64,000 bases of DNA from an uncultured bacterium (GCA_903837175.1 CAILTR010000055.1:819-64818); one strand, 5' to 3'. Positions 35,010-45,729 are shown, numbered from the stretch's first letter. Numbers and translations are program-made. Notes: a model not told the origin generated them from the sequence alone.

Positions 35010-35085
35010 GTTGCCTTGCCTTTTCTACTTGAATAACCTATAATTAACCTTATAAGAAAGGGAAAAATATAAGAATTTTAGGACT

Positions 35086-37194
35086 ATGCTACAAGAAAAA
35101 TTAGCTTCTTTTTTCGTTAAAATAAGCCAAAATGAAAAAGTATTGGTCAGATTTTTGCTGGGCATTTCAATTGTGGTTTATTTTGTTTTTGGTTTTTATC
35201 ATCTAGCAAATTTTATTTCAGCAGATGAGCATTTTTGGTTGCCTAATTCTGGTAGTGAGCGCATCCAAGATTATTGGAAGGCAATTTCTAAGCAGGACTG
35301 GAAAGATACGAAGATTAATGATAAGCCTGGAATAACTTTGGCATATACCTCGGGTATTGCCATGCTTTTTGAAAAAAATCCCGGGGGTCAATTGATTTCA
35401 AATGGTGGCACTGTCAAATTATTTAATCCTGAAATAACCAAACGGATTAATTTTCTTTATCGGCTTCCAATCCTTTTGATCAGTGGCTTTTTCTCCTTGT
35501 TCTTTTTCTGGATTATCAGAAAAATTACAAACAATCCATGGATGGCGTTGTTTTCGGCCATGGGAATTTTACTTTCTCCAGTTTTGTTGGGGATGTCCCA
35601 AATTGTAAATCCAGATTCTCTTTTTTGGCTTTTCGCTTCAGCTTCGATGTTTTCTTTCTTTGCTTTTTTACAACATGGTCAGAAAAAGCTAGCGATTTGG
35701 AGTTCAATTTTCCTGGGGTTGGGGTTGGCGAGTAAATACGTGAGTGTGATTTTGTTTCCATTTTTCTTTTTTATGATGGTTGTTTATTATTTCTTTGAGT
35801 TTTTTAGGTGGGATAATCGACAAAAAGATTTTGCAAAAATGGTAATTAGAAATAGTTTTTCTTATTTGGGGGTTTTATTTGGTGGAATGCTTATTTTTGC
35901 AATTCTGATGCCAGCTTCTTTTGTGGAGCCAAAAGTTTTCTACGAAGGTACAATTGGCTTTCCTGGGATGCAACCTATCTTTTGGACAGTGATGATTATT
36001 AATGCGATTTTAATTTTGGATGCTCGCTTCTTTGTTAGTGGCGGTTTTGTCTGGCTAATAAAAAGACTAAAGCCACTCGAGGAAATCCTGCCAAAAATAG
36101 TCTATGCTATTTTATTTGGAACGGTTTTCTTTGTGCTCACAAATTGGCTTTCGAGAAATAGTATTATTGATTTATCTGGCATCCCTTTTAACTTAAAGAG
36201 AAGTGATCTTTTCAGCGAGCTTCCTTATTTTAAAAGATTTATTATGGAGTTTGTTCCGTTGACGTTTGCGTTGACGCCAGTAGCCTTGTTTATGCTCATG
36301 TTTGCTTGGTTTAGGGGCTTTTTAAATCAAACAAAGATAAAAACATTCTCTTTCTTGTTGTCGATATTCTTCTTGATATTTATAGTGGCAGTTATCGAGC
36401 AGGGGCTGCTGATTACTGTTCGATATAGTATTATTTTGTTTCCACTCTCAATGATTATTGGCTCTATTTCCTTGGTGGAGTTCTTTTCTGACATTCGAGA
36501 AAAAAAACTTGATGCTAGGGGGCTCAAGGTTTTTGCATTTGGCTTTTCGCTAGTGCTTATCTTGTTTACTAGCTTGATAATTCAACAGTATTTTCTTAAT
36601 AGCATTTATAAGAATGCTTTCGTCGATAGAGTATATCGCAGTTGGTATGGTATATTGTTTATTTTAGTTGCTACAATAGCGCTTGTTTTTACTTTGCGTA
36701 AAGTTGCTATTAGGAAAAAAATTGCTGACGTCTCAATGGTTTGGATTTTTTCTTTGGTGGCTTTGCTTAATATTGTTAGTATTTCCTTGATAGCACCTTT
36801 TTATTTCAGTTATACTAATAATCTTTTGCCAAAAAATTATATTATTAGTGGTGCTTGGGGCTATGGGGGATATGAGGCTGCGCAATATATGAACAGCTTG
36901 CCAGAGGCAAAAAATCTAACTTTATGGGTGGATGCTTATGGGGTTTGTGAATTTTTTGTTGGTAAATGCATCCATAAAGCTAAAGTGGATACTCAAAAAT
37001 ATCCAATTGACTATTATTTCCAATCCTTGCAATCGACAATTGCTATTAATTTTCCCCATGCGATGGAAAAGAATTCCGTTTGGAGATTAGAGATTGATGG
37101 ACGAGAAAAAAGTTTCTTGAAAATCAGGCAATCAAAACCTCTCATTACTGGGCAATCGGTTCAGGGCGATGCTTCTTCGGTAGATGATAACTAA
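35086..37194 (+). CDS. GT-C fold integral-membrane glycosyltransferase (PMT/ArnT-like, GT39/GT83-type).
   Basis: 'FISADEHFW' DE-loop after TM1 and at least 12 TM helices. The conserved C-terminal 'ISGAWGYGGYEAAQYMNSLP...GVCEFFVGKC' is shared with the next gene. Confidence 0.6.
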   Translation: MLQEKLASFFVKISQNEKVLVRFLLGISIVVYFVFGFYHLANFISADEHFWLPNSGSERIQDYWKAISKQDWKDTKINDKPGITLAYTSGIAMLFEKNPGGQLISNGGTVKLFNPEITKRINFLYRLPILLISGFFSLFFFWIIRKITNNPWMALFSAMGILLSPVLLGMSQIVNPDSLFWLFASASMFSFFAFLQHGQKKLAIWSSIFLGLGLASKYVSVILFPFFFFMMVVYYFFEFFRWDNRQKDFAKMVIRNSFSYLGVLFGGMLIFAILMPASFVEPKVFYEGTIGFPGMQPIFWTVMIINAILILDARFFVSGGFVWLIKRLKPLEEILPKIVYAILFGTVFFVLTNWLSRNSIIDLSGIPFNLKRSDLFSELPYFKRFIMEFVPLTFALTPVALFMLMFAWFRGFLNQTKIKTFSFLLSIFFLIFIVAVIEQGLLITVRYSIILFPLSMIIGSISLVEFFSDIREKKLDARGLKVFAFGFSLVLILFTSLIIQQYFLNSIYKNAFVDRVYRSWYGILFILVATIALVFTLRKVAIRKKIADVSMVWIFSLVALLNIVSISLIAPFYFSYTNNLLPKNYIISGAWGYGGYEAAQYMNSLPEAKNLTLWVDAYGVCEFFVGKCIHKAKVDTQKYPIDYYFQSLQSTIAINFPHAMEKNSVWRLEIDGREKSFLKIRQSKPLITGQSVQGDASSVDDN

Positions 37195-37229
37195 GCTCTT
37201 AAAGTATGAGCTAAACAAGAACTAAAAAT

Positions 37230-39044
37230 ATGAATACTATTGCCTCATATCTGAAAAGACCAGCATTCTTACTAAGCATCCCCCTGCTTTTGTATTTCGT
37301 TTTTTCCGTTCATCATTTGACGAAATTTGAAACGGCGGATGAGCATTTTTGGTTTAATGATCCTGCTCATGACAGAATCCATCAATATTGGACTGCCGTT
37401 TCTCAGCATAATTGGATTGCAACTAGAATTAATGATAAACCAGGAATTTCTTTGGTTTTTATTTCAGGTGCGGGTCTTCTTTTTGAGAGAGCTATTTTAA
37501 ACGGAGGCCAAGTCAATGTTCAAAACGTTGAGCGGCTTAATTTTGTTTTTCGCTTTCCTCAGGTTTTTTTTACTGCGTTGGCCGCAATCTATTTTTTTTG
37601 GGCCCTACGGAGAATAACAAAAAAGGATTTCCTTGCGCTTTTAGCTGTTAGTTTTATCTTGCTCAGTCCTATTTTAATTGGGATTTCCCAGATTGTTAAT
37701 CCTGATTCAATGCTTTGGATTTTTTCATTTGCAACTGTGTTGGCGTTCTTTCTTTATCTGCAAGAAGAGAAAAAAATTCATTTGTTTTCAGCTGCAATCT
37801 TTTTTGGAATGGCACTTCTGAGCAAATATGCCGCACTTATGCTAGTGCCATTTTTTCTAGCAATGATCGGTTTCTTTTTGATTTTTGAAGGAACTAACTG
37901 GGATAGGGTTACACTTAAAAAGAAAATTTTTAAATTCTCAATAGCCTATTTTAGTCTTATTTTTGGAGGTTTCTTGTTGTTCTCAATCCTGATGCCTGCC
38001 GTATTAGTAGATCCCATGCTTGCCTATAAGAGCACGATAGGGTTTAAGGGAATGCAATATATTTTTTGGCCATTAATTTTTCTGAATTCTCTACTGCTGC
38101 TTGATTCTGCCTTGAGTGAGAGTCGGTTTGCAGTTTTTTTAATAAAAAAGAGTAATAAGCTCAAAAGAGTATTGCCAAAAATTCTGTATGTATTTTTAAG
38201 TGGCATGTTTTTGCTTGTTTTGCTGAATTGGTCAGTCGGCAAAAATTTTATGAATGTTTTGAGTGTAGCCTTTGATTCAGCGGAAGGATCGAAATATCAG
38301 CATGCTTCCTTGTTCGATCAATTAATGCTCCAATTTAAGCCGATTGTTTTTTCGCTCACCCCACTTGTCCTTGCTAGTTTGCTTTTCCTTTGGCTGAAAG
38401 CGATTTTTAGAAAAATTGAAAATGAGCTGTTAGTGTTCTTATTCTCATTGTTTGTTTTTATTTTTTATGTGGCGGTGATGAGACAGGGGCTGCTTGTTAC
38501 TATTCGCTATGCTATAATTTTATACCCAGTTTTATTTGCGCTGGCAGCATTTGGAATAGCAGAGTTATTTTTATCTGTGAAGAAGTTTACTTTCCCAAAG
38601 ACTATAATTCTTATGGTTATTGTTGGAGTTTCAATAGTTAGCCTTTGGCAAAGCAAGCCGTTTTATTTTAATTATACAAATAGCTTGATGCCAAAAAATA
38701 GCGTCATCACTGGTGCCTGGGGTTATGGTGGTTATGAAGCTGCTCAATATCTCAATAGTCTGCCTGGCGCTGAAAACCTAGTTGTTTGGTCTGATTATTA
38801 TGGCGTTTGTCCATTTTTTGTTGGTAAATGTATGAAAGCTTATGCGCTAAGCGATTATGCCAAGAAAAATTCTTTGGAATCAATTAATTATGCGGTGGCA
38901 ACGCGCAGAGGCAAAAAGCAAAATATAAATATGTGGAAAAAATTTGATCATTATGATATTAAAAAAGCTTGGGCCTTATTTATTGACGGACGGCAGGCAA
39001 ACTTTGTAGAAATTTACAAGAATGGGGGACCCGTTGAAGATTAG
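37230..39044 (+). CDS. GT-C fold glycosyltransferase, tandem paralog of 35086..37194.
   Basis: 'FETADEHFWF' and 'ITGAWGYGGYEAAQYLNSLPGAENL...GVCPFFVGKC'. Confidence 0.6.
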   Translation: MNTIASYLKRPAFLLSIPLLLYFVFSVHHLTKFETADEHFWFNDPAHDRIHQYWTAVSQHNWIATRINDKPGISLVFISGAGLLFERAILNGGQVNVQNVERLNFVFRFPQVFFTALAAIYFFWALRRITKKDFLALLAVSFILLSPILIGISQIVNPDSMLWIFSFATVLAFFLYLQEEKKIHLFSAAIFFGMALLSKYAALMLVPFFLAMIGFFLIFEGTNWDRVTLKKKIFKFSIAYFSLIFGGFLLFSILMPAVLVDPMLAYKSTIGFKGMQYIFWPLIFLNSLLLLDSALSESRFAVFLIKKSNKLKRVLPKILYVFLSGMFLLVLLNWSVGKNFMNVLSVAFDSAEGSKYQHASLFDQLMLQFKPIVFSLTPLVLASLLFLWLKAIFRKIENELLVFLFSLFVFIFYVAVMRQGLLVTIRYAIILYPVLFALAAFGIAELFLSVKKFTFPKTIILMVIVGVSIVSLWQSKPFYFNYTNSLMPKNSVITGAWGYGGYEAAQYLNSLPGAENLVVWSDYYGVCPFFVGKCMKAYALSDYAKKNSLESINYAVATRRGKKQNINMWKKFDHYDIKKAWALFIDGRQANFVEIYKNGGPVED

Positions 39045-39096
39045 GGGGCGTAATGAATTTATAGAATGAATAATTATTTTTTGTGACTAAAAATAT

Positions 39097-40659
39097 ATGC
39101 AAAAAAACCTACAATCATTTAGGAAATACTTTCTGCGAAATAAATTGCGCTTCAATATGATTATTTTGCTTGCGATTATTATCTTGGGTGGAGTGCTACG
39201 GATGTATGATCTTGGAAAAAATTCTTTTATTGCTGATGAGTATTTGGATATGAATTCAGCTTATGCATACCGAATGACACATGTTTGGCAAGCCTGGGAT
39301 TTTAATTTTGGCAAGCCAAATACAGCAGATGTTAATCAGGCAAGGGATGTGAGAGCTTGGATGTATAAATGGCAAGTTGCGCAGGTTTTCAAGCTGCTCC
39401 CCCCAACGGAAGAAATGGCGCGGTTAGTGAGCGTGTTTTGGGGCTTGGTTAGTATTGCTTTAATATATGGAGTTGCATTCTCTTTTACGAAAAAACGTCA
39501 AATTGGGTTGCTAGCCGCTTTTTTGTTTGCGATAAGTGCGATGGGCATTATGTTTGATAGAAAATTGAGGATGTATGCGATGTTTTATCCAATGTATTTG
39601 GCATTGTCCTGGACTTTGTTTATGGCCTATGAGAAAGCGTATGAAGGCAAGAATAAGCTTGCAAGGAAAATCTGGGAATATTGTAGTGTGAATATCCTTT
39701 ATATAATCCCAACCTTAATCCTCGGGTATGTTAGTTTAGAATTGCAGCTTCTGACTGTAAACATCGCGGCAGCCTTTTTTGGCTTTGTGCTTGTTCAGGC
39801 TGTTCTGCAATGGAAAAAGGAACGGAAAATAACGGCTAATAAATATAGTATTTCAACTCTGCTGATAATTTTTGTTTCGGCTTTTGCAATTAAATTTCTC
39901 CCAGGTATTACTGGAATTTTCGTGACATCGATAAAGTTCTTCATTAATAATGGTGGATATTTTGAAAAAATTCTTTCAGATTATAATAATTGGATGCTGG
40001 GAGTTTTATTTTTTATTGTCGGGGGATATTTTTTGTATCAAAAGGAAGGGAAAAAGAAAGAAACTATTTGGCTCTTGACTTCTATTCTTGTTCCTCTTCT
40101 TATGGCGGCTTTCATGTGGAAGAGAACCCAAGGTATCCAGTATGTTTTTTTCTTGCAATCATTTTTGATTATCTTGGTCGCAACGGGAATATATGCAGTC
40201 GCAGTGTTTTTTGAGAAACATCTTTTAAGCATTTCGAAAAAAGCATATTTGGTAACAATCGTACTGGCTTTATTGCTCCTTCCAAATTACGCTTATTTTT
40301 CAGGTGAGAATAATACTTATCACAGAACAGATGTAGGTGATTATCGCAAAGTTTTTTTGTATGTCAAAAAGAATTTCAAGCCTGGCGACGTGATCGTTAC
40401 CAGAAATTTTAGAAATTATTATCTTTCTGGAATGCACGCCAAAGTCTTTGATTTCGGAGGAGAATCGGCCGTGAATGATTTTTCAGTTGATCAGCTCAGG
40501 CAAGTTGTGGAGCAAAATAATAGCGGCTGGGTAGTACTTTTTGATAATGACACTTTGTTTTTAACTAAAGACGCCAAACTATATCTTGAAAGTAATCTTT
40601 CCAAGACCGACAATGCTGCGGTCAGAGGTCAGGCTACGGTTTATTTTTGGCGAAGGTGA
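39097..40659 (+). CDS. GT-C fold glycosyltransferase (ArnT/PMT-like).
   Basis: 'SFIADEYLD' loop motif and multi-TM topology. Confidence 0.55.
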   Translation: MQKNLQSFRKYFLRNKLRFNMIILLAIIILGGVLRMYDLGKNSFIADEYLDMNSAYAYRMTHVWQAWDFNFGKPNTADVNQARDVRAWMYKWQVAQVFKLLPPTEEMARLVSVFWGLVSIALIYGVAFSFTKKRQIGLLAAFLFAISAMGIMFDRKLRMYAMFYPMYLALSWTLFMAYEKAYEGKNKLARKIWEYCSVNILYIIPTLILGYVSLELQLLTVNIAAAFFGFVLVQAVLQWKKERKITANKYSISTLLIIFVSAFAIKFLPGITGIFVTSIKFFINNGGYFEKILSDYNNWMLGVLFFIVGGYFLYQKEGKKKETIWLLTSILVPLLMAAFMWKRTQGIQYVFFLQSFLIILVATGIYAVAVFFEKHLLSISKKAYLVTIVLALLLLPNYAYFSGENNTYHRTDVGDYRKVFLYVKKNFKPGDVIVTRNFRNYYLSGMHAKVFDFGGESAVNDFSVDQLRQVVEQNNSGWVVLFDNDTLFLTKDAKLYLESNLSKTDNAAVRGQATVYFWRR

Positions 40660-40688
40660 GGTTTTTAGAGATTTACTAAAAATGAACA

Positions 40689-42317
40689 ATGAAAAAAATT
40701 TATAATTTTGTATTGAAAAATAGAATTGTTTTAGTCCTAAATGTCATTTTGGCAATGGGAATTTTTGTGCGGGTTTACAACTTTCATGATTGGCTTAGGT
40801 TCCACAAGGACGAGGCGCGTGATGCTTCTATCATAAGGGACGTTATTTCGAATGGTCATGCGTTGCCTCTACTCGGTCCAGTTGTTGGCACGACTGATTT
40901 TAAACTTGGTCCAATCTTCTATTATTTTCAATATGTTTCTGCGAAAATATTTGGCCTTGCTCCGGATGTGTTGGCCTATCCGGATTTGTTTTTTTCAATT
41001 TTAAGTATTCCACTTCTGTATTTTCTGCTAAAAAGATTTTTTTCAAAAAATATTTCATTATTACTAATGGCTTTGTATGCTGTTGATTTTTTTGCTATCA
41101 GATATGCTAGGTTTGCTTGGAATCCTAATTCGCAGCCATTCTTTTTAATGCTTTTTCTATATGCTTTTCTGGAAATTGTTTCAGCAAAGACTGATAAATC
41201 CAAATGGTTTTGGGCGACAGTCGTTGGCATTTCTCTAGGTGTGGGCGTTCAATTGCATATTTTGTTTTTGTTGTCGATACCGGTTATGACACTTATCTTT
41301 TTCTTCTATTTAAGAAGGGAAGGTAAGTTGAATTGGAAGATGTTATTTTGGATAGTATCAATTGCCTTTTTTCTCAATTTGCCAGTGGTTTTTTCGGAAA
41401 TAGGAAGTGGTGGCAAGAATACTCTGGAATTTATCAAGGTTGTTTTTTATGAGCCGCCACAGCTTGGAACCCCAATAACTACCATGCAATGCTTGTCTCA
41501 TGTTAATACCTATATTCTGACTTCAATTGGGGAGGATAATTACTGCAAGACTATTACGAAGAATGACGGTAAAATTCTGGTTGATTTTTTCACGAACGGT
41601 TTTAAAAATATCCTTACAGCTTCCATTGTGTTTTTTAGCTTACTCCTTACTTTAGGCGGGTATGTTTTATTAGGGTATTTCATCAAGCGAGAAGCTAATT
41701 TTGAAAAGAAAATTTTTTTGCATTTTATTTCAATTTTTTTTATAGTCAGTTTTATTGTTTGCTTGTTAGTTCTTAATCCGATGACTATGCGGTACTTTGT
41801 CATCGTTGAAATAGTTCCGTTTATATTCTTAGGATTGTGGCTCAAATACATTTTAGGATTCAAGAGGTTTTGGAAATATTTGATTGCCTTTGTTCTTTTT
41901 TTGTTTTTGTTCGGAATGAATTTCCAATCCATTGCTGCAGAAGTTGAATATCTCAATGGCAGAGCCCCGGAAATGCCTTATGGGGTTATAAATCTTACCT
42001 TAGGAGAGGCTGAACTTTTTTCTAATTTTATTTTCGAGCATGCTAATCATTCCAAACCAGTTTATCTTAATGGGCGAAATGTCAGCCTGGAGAATGTGCT
42101 GGCTGCTTTGGATTATCTCCCAGCTTCTTCACAGCTAAAGATTTCTTCAATTAAGAAGCAACAGACAACGGATGCTACTTTCTTTGCTTTTGGTCCAATC
42201 TCGAACCCTGATTTGGAAAAAAATCTCACTGAAGATGAAAAAAACATTTATCAGCTCAAAAACTATGCTTCCAATGGAAGATATTTTATCATGCAACTTG
42301 AGCGTAAGCAAAAATAA
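40689..42317 (+). CDS. GT-C fold glycosyltransferase (ArnT-like).
   Basis: 'FHKDEARDASI' after TM1 and a multi-TM N-terminal half. Confidence 0.55.
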   Translation: MKKIYNFVLKNRIVLVLNVILAMGIFVRVYNFHDWLRFHKDEARDASIIRDVISNGHALPLLGPVVGTTDFKLGPIFYYFQYVSAKIFGLAPDVLAYPDLFFSILSIPLLYFLLKRFFSKNISLLLMALYAVDFFAIRYARFAWNPNSQPFFLMLFLYAFLEIVSAKTDKSKWFWATVVGISLGVGVQLHILFLLSIPVMTLIFFFYLRREGKLNWKMLFWIVSIAFFLNLPVVFSEIGSGGKNTLEFIKVVFYEPPQLGTPITTMQCLSHVNTYILTSIGEDNYCKTITKNDGKILVDFFTNGFKNILTASIVFFSLLLTLGGYVLLGYFIKREANFEKKIFLHFISIFFIVSFIVCLLVLNPMTMRYFVIVEIVPFIFLGLWLKYILGFKRFWKYLIAFVLFLFLFGMNFQSIAAEVEYLNGRAPEMPYGVINLTLGEAELFSNFIFEHANHSKPVYLNGRNVSLENVLAALDYLPASSQLKISSIKKQQTTDATFFAFGPISNPDLEKNLTEDEKNIYQLKNYASNGRYFIMQLERKQK

Positions 42318-42415
42318 TAATTTTAATAATAATTAATTTCAAAAAATTGAATAAAATAAATCTCAATAATTTTTCAAAAAAGCTACTAAAATTTAAATAC
42401 CTCAAAAGGTCGATA

Positions 42416-43753
42416 ATGTTTCTCCTGTTACTTGTAGTTATTTTTTTCGCGTTGAGCTTTAGGAGTTATCCATTTAAGCTTATTTATGAAAATAAACAAA
42501 GGTATCTTTTAATAATGTCTCAAATAAAAAAACCTCAAATCCCAGAAAGGCAGTGTAATATTTTGGATTATGGCGCGATTGGAGATGGTAAAACAAAAAA
42601 TACCGAAGCTATTAAACAGGCAATAGGTGATTGCTCGCAAAAAGGTGGTGGGAAGGTTATTTTTCCTGCGGGAAAGTGGCTCACTGGTCAGATTCATTTT
42701 TTAGATAACATTGAACTTTCACTAGTAAAAGACGCCGAAATTAATTTTAGCGATGACCGAAATGATTATTTGCCGTTGGTTTTTTCACGCTATCAAGGCA
42801 TGGAATACTTTAATTATTCTCCGCTCATTTATGCTAATAATTGTCGCAACATTGCAATAACGGGGGAAGGAAAACTTATCGGAAACGGAGTAATGTGGAG
42901 AGTTTGGAGCGATAAGCCACAAGATCCCAATGCGGGAGCAGAGCTTTTGGCTATGGTCAAAGCAGGCGTGCCAGCAGAGCAAAGAATTTTCGGTGAGCAG
43001 TATGGTCTTAGGCCATCCTTCATCCAGTTTATTAATTGCAAAAATATTTTAGTGCAGGGAATTTCAATTGAGGACGGTCCAATGTGGACTATTCATCCTA
43101 TATATTCTGAAAATATTATCATTGATAATGTTAAAATAGATACCTACGGAATAAACACTGATGGTGTGGACGTTGATTCTTCGAAAAATGTGCTTATTAA
43201 AAATTCTGATATTTCTGCGGGTGATGATGCAATTTCAATAAAAGCAGGTCTGGGGGAAGATGGTCTGAGAATAAATAAACCAGCTGAAAATGTCATAATT
43301 AAAAATTGTAAAATGAGAGATGGGCATAGTGGAATTTCAATCGGAAGTGAACTCACTGGTGGGGTAAAGAATATCATTATGCAAAATAACACTTTTGATT
43401 CAACAGAGGATGGTTTCAAGATAAAGTCTTCGCCTGGTCGAGGTGGAATTGTTGAAAATATTTGGCTAGATGGTTCTAATATGTTAGTTAATAGCCATGC
43501 TATTTCTTTGGATATGTTTTATGGATCTAATATTTTGACAAACGGAGAGCAGGAATCAATCTTTAGAAATATTCTTATTTCTAAAACTAATATAACGAAA
43601 GCACAGAATGCTTTTAGCGTAAATTCTTTAGACAAGGATCATATTTATAATATAACCGTGACAAATTTCAAAGCAGTCTCTGGGAGAGGCATCCAGATTG
43701 AAAAAGCGGGGAGAATTGACTTTAATATGCTTAATATAAAGTCAAAACGCTAG
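42416..43753 (+). CDS. Glycoside hydrolase family 28 (polygalacturonase-like right-handed beta-helix), secreted.
   Basis: 'ILDYGAIGDGKTKNTEAIKQAI', 'SAGDDAISIKAG', 'DGHSGISIGSE' and 'GFKIKS' are GH28 catalytic motifs. A signal-anchor precedes them. Confidence 0.75.
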   Translation: MFLLLLVVIFFALSFRSYPFKLIYENKQRYLLIMSQIKKPQIPERQCNILDYGAIGDGKTKNTEAIKQAIGDCSQKGGGKVIFPAGKWLTGQIHFLDNIELSLVKDAEINFSDDRNDYLPLVFSRYQGMEYFNYSPLIYANNCRNIAITGEGKLIGNGVMWRVWSDKPQDPNAGAELLAMVKAGVPAEQRIFGEQYGLRPSFIQFINCKNILVQGISIEDGPMWTIHPIYSENIIIDNVKIDTYGINTDGVDVDSSKNVLIKNSDISAGDDAISIKAGLGEDGLRINKPAENVIIKNCKMRDGHSGISIGSELTGGVKNIIMQNNTFDSTEDGFKIKSSPGRGGIVENIWLDGSNMLVNSHAISLDMFYGSNILTNGEQESIFRNILISKTNITKAQNAFSVNSLDKDHIYNITVTNFKAVSGRGIQIEKAGRIDFNMLNIKSKR

Positions 43754-43765
43754 GAGTGCCGTTGA

Positions 43766-45583
43766 TTATGGGAGTTCCTCTTCTGAAACACTTGATTTAA
43801 TTGTTTCATCTGGAGTTGATTGTGGCGAAAATGGCTTGCTGAGCTTATCCCAGGTCATTAGTTGAGATATTTGTTCTTTTTGAATAGTTATTTGCTTTGT
43901 ATCCTCAGCTTGTCTGGTAGCTGTTATCCTTTCCCTTCTTGGGTTTAAATAAAAAACAGTCAGTGAACCCAGCTCTTTTTTTTCAACAATCAAAAAATCA
44001 TCGGAAATTTTTTTGAGCTGATTTTTATTGATTTGGTTTGTGCGATATATGGAAAAATAGTTAGCTTGCTCATAGACTGAATTTTTTTCAACAGGAATTA
44101 AGAATGGGGTATAATATTTAATTCCTTTTTGATTTAAAAAATACCAAAAAGAGGGTTCGTATTCATGATCACAAGCTAAATATACAGGATATGTGTTATC
44201 GATGTATTTTGAGGCTATGTAATTTGTGACTAGCTGTTCTTGCTGAAGGGTCACTCTTGAATTAGTCGGAAAAACATCTTTCATTTTAGCTGAACTTTCC
44301 GTGGTAGTAGCATTCCTTAAGCCATTAAGGTAATTAAAATCTTTAATTATGTTTGATACAGAAAAGGATGCAATTATTATAATAAAAAAAGATAACCTTT
44401 GTTTATTTTTTTCTGGCTTGATGTTTTCAAGGATTAGCCCAAGTAAAATGAAGGCAAGTGGACTGACTACTAGAAAAAATCTTGGAAAAAGAATATTTGA
44501 AGAAAATATAGCATAGAAATAGAGGAATGAAAAAACAAGCCAAAGTGATGAAAGAATAAGAAAATCTTTACGCTGACCAGCTGGTTCTTTTTTCGTTTTT
44601 CGTATCAAAAGAAAAACTCCAACTAAAAAATAAAGCAGGGCAGTAATTCGAACTGGGAGACGAGAAAAACAGGTTGTTTTGCAAGTCATACCTAGCGTAT
44701 ATCCATCTGGAGTTGATACCCCATTGATTTGATCGTTCCCACTTAGAATGAGAAAATATTCATAGGTGTGGTATTGAGTAATAAGAAAGGCTTTTTCTGC
44801 AAAGTTCTTTCGGTGGGATTCACCTTTGCCTATTTTTTCAACAAAAAATTTAGAATTTTCACCGCTAGTTTTGATTTCATTGGCAATCATTGGGGAATAT
44901 AGCAGAATTACTATGGCAATTGCCAGGCCCCAAGTTTTGAAGTTAAACCTCGGTCGCTTGATAAACAGGAACGAGATTACAATTGCTGGAATAGTGAAAA
45001 AAGCATTGAAATGAATTTGGGTGCTAATGCTAGCCATTAAAACCATTATTAAAAACCAGATTCGCGGGTGCTTTTCATTTTTTGAAACACACCTGAGTAG
45101 GGCATAGAAAGTAAGCAGAATTAAAAATGGTAGCACATTGGGGCTCCAGGAAAAACGAGCATAGAGAATAAGATAAAGCGAAACAGCAAAGACCGATAGT
45201 AATCCAGAAGAAATTAGTACGGAAAAATATCTTCTAATGAATACATAAAAAAGAGGAAGAGTTAAAATGGAAAAAATGAGTACAGTCATGGAATGACCTG
45301 CGGGCGTGTTACCAAAGAGCAGGGCGCTGACGTATTCCATGTAGTAAAAAGCAGGCCCAAGGCGGAGTGCGCGACCTCCTCCAGCCGTTGGCCCAAGCAG
45401 GGGAAGGTTGCTAATTCCGCCAGTCACCGCATTAGAAACAATGTGATAGTCCCAGGTTTGATCAACTTCAAAATGAAGCCATTTGTCATGATTATAGGCA
45501 CGAAATGCTATTCCGATGGCACAAATCGTAATAAGAAAAAGCAATTCCCATTTATGTGGAGCTATTTTTTTAAAAAAAGTCAT
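43766..45583 (-). CDS. GT-C fold glycosyltransferase (ArnT-like), paralog of 40689..42317.
   Basis: 'LPLLGPTAGGGRALRLGPAFYYMEYVSALLFG' resembles 'LPLLGPVVGTTDFKLGPIFYYFQYVSAKIFG' in the 40689 protein. Confidence 0.55.
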   Translation of the reverse strand: MTFFKKIAPHKWELLFLITICAIGIAFRAYNHDKWLHFEVDQTWDYHIVSNAVTGGISNLPLLGPTAGGGRALRLGPAFYYMEYVSALLFGNTPAGHSMTVLIFSILTLPLFYVFIRRYFSVLISSGLLSVFAVSLYLILYARFSWSPNVLPFLILLTFYALLRCVSKNEKHPRIWFLIMVLMASISTQIHFNAFFTIPAIVISFLFIKRPRFNFKTWGLAIAIVILLYSPMIANEIKTSGENSKFFVEKIGKGESHRKNFAEKAFLITQYHTYEYFLILSGNDQINGVSTPDGYTLGMTCKTTCFSRLPVRITALLYFLVGVFLLIRKTKKEPAGQRKDFLILSSLWLVFSFLYFYAIFSSNILFPRFFLVVSPLAFILLGLILENIKPEKNKQRLSFFIIIIASFSVSNIIKDFNYLNGLRNATTTESSAKMKDVFPTNSRVTLQQEQLVTNYIASKYIDNTYPVYLACDHEYEPSFWYFLNQKGIKYYTPFLIPVEKNSVYEQANYFSIYRTNQINKNQLKKISDDFLIVEKKELGSLTVFYLNPRRERITATRQAEDTKQITIQKEQISQLMTWDKLSKPFSPQSTPDETIKSSVSEEELP

Positions 45584-45639
45584 TTACTTATAAATAAAAA
45601 ATTAATTAATTTGATTACTTATTATCTAGCGTAGTGAGA

Positions 45640-45663
45640 GAAATGAAAGTACTCTTTCATTTC
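45640..45663. other. Perfect 10-bp-stem hairpin (gaaatgaaag tact ctttcatttc) in the intergenic region.
   Basis: Direct reading. A second palindrome 'gggtattaataccc' at 45716-45729 abuts the stop of the Wzx gene. Confidence 0.4.
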
Positions 45664-45729
45664 GCAGCGAGCGACGATAACAAAAGGTTTATTTGCCTAC
45701 GAGGCTTGCCCTGGGGTATTAATACCCTT

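Noticed and set aside
45716-45729. 'gggtattaataccc' plus T-run as a + strand rho-independent terminator.
   Set aside because: There is no + strand gene upstream of it. It abuts the stop of the minus-strand Wzx gene, so its role, if any, is ambiguous. It is noted only as a palindrome.
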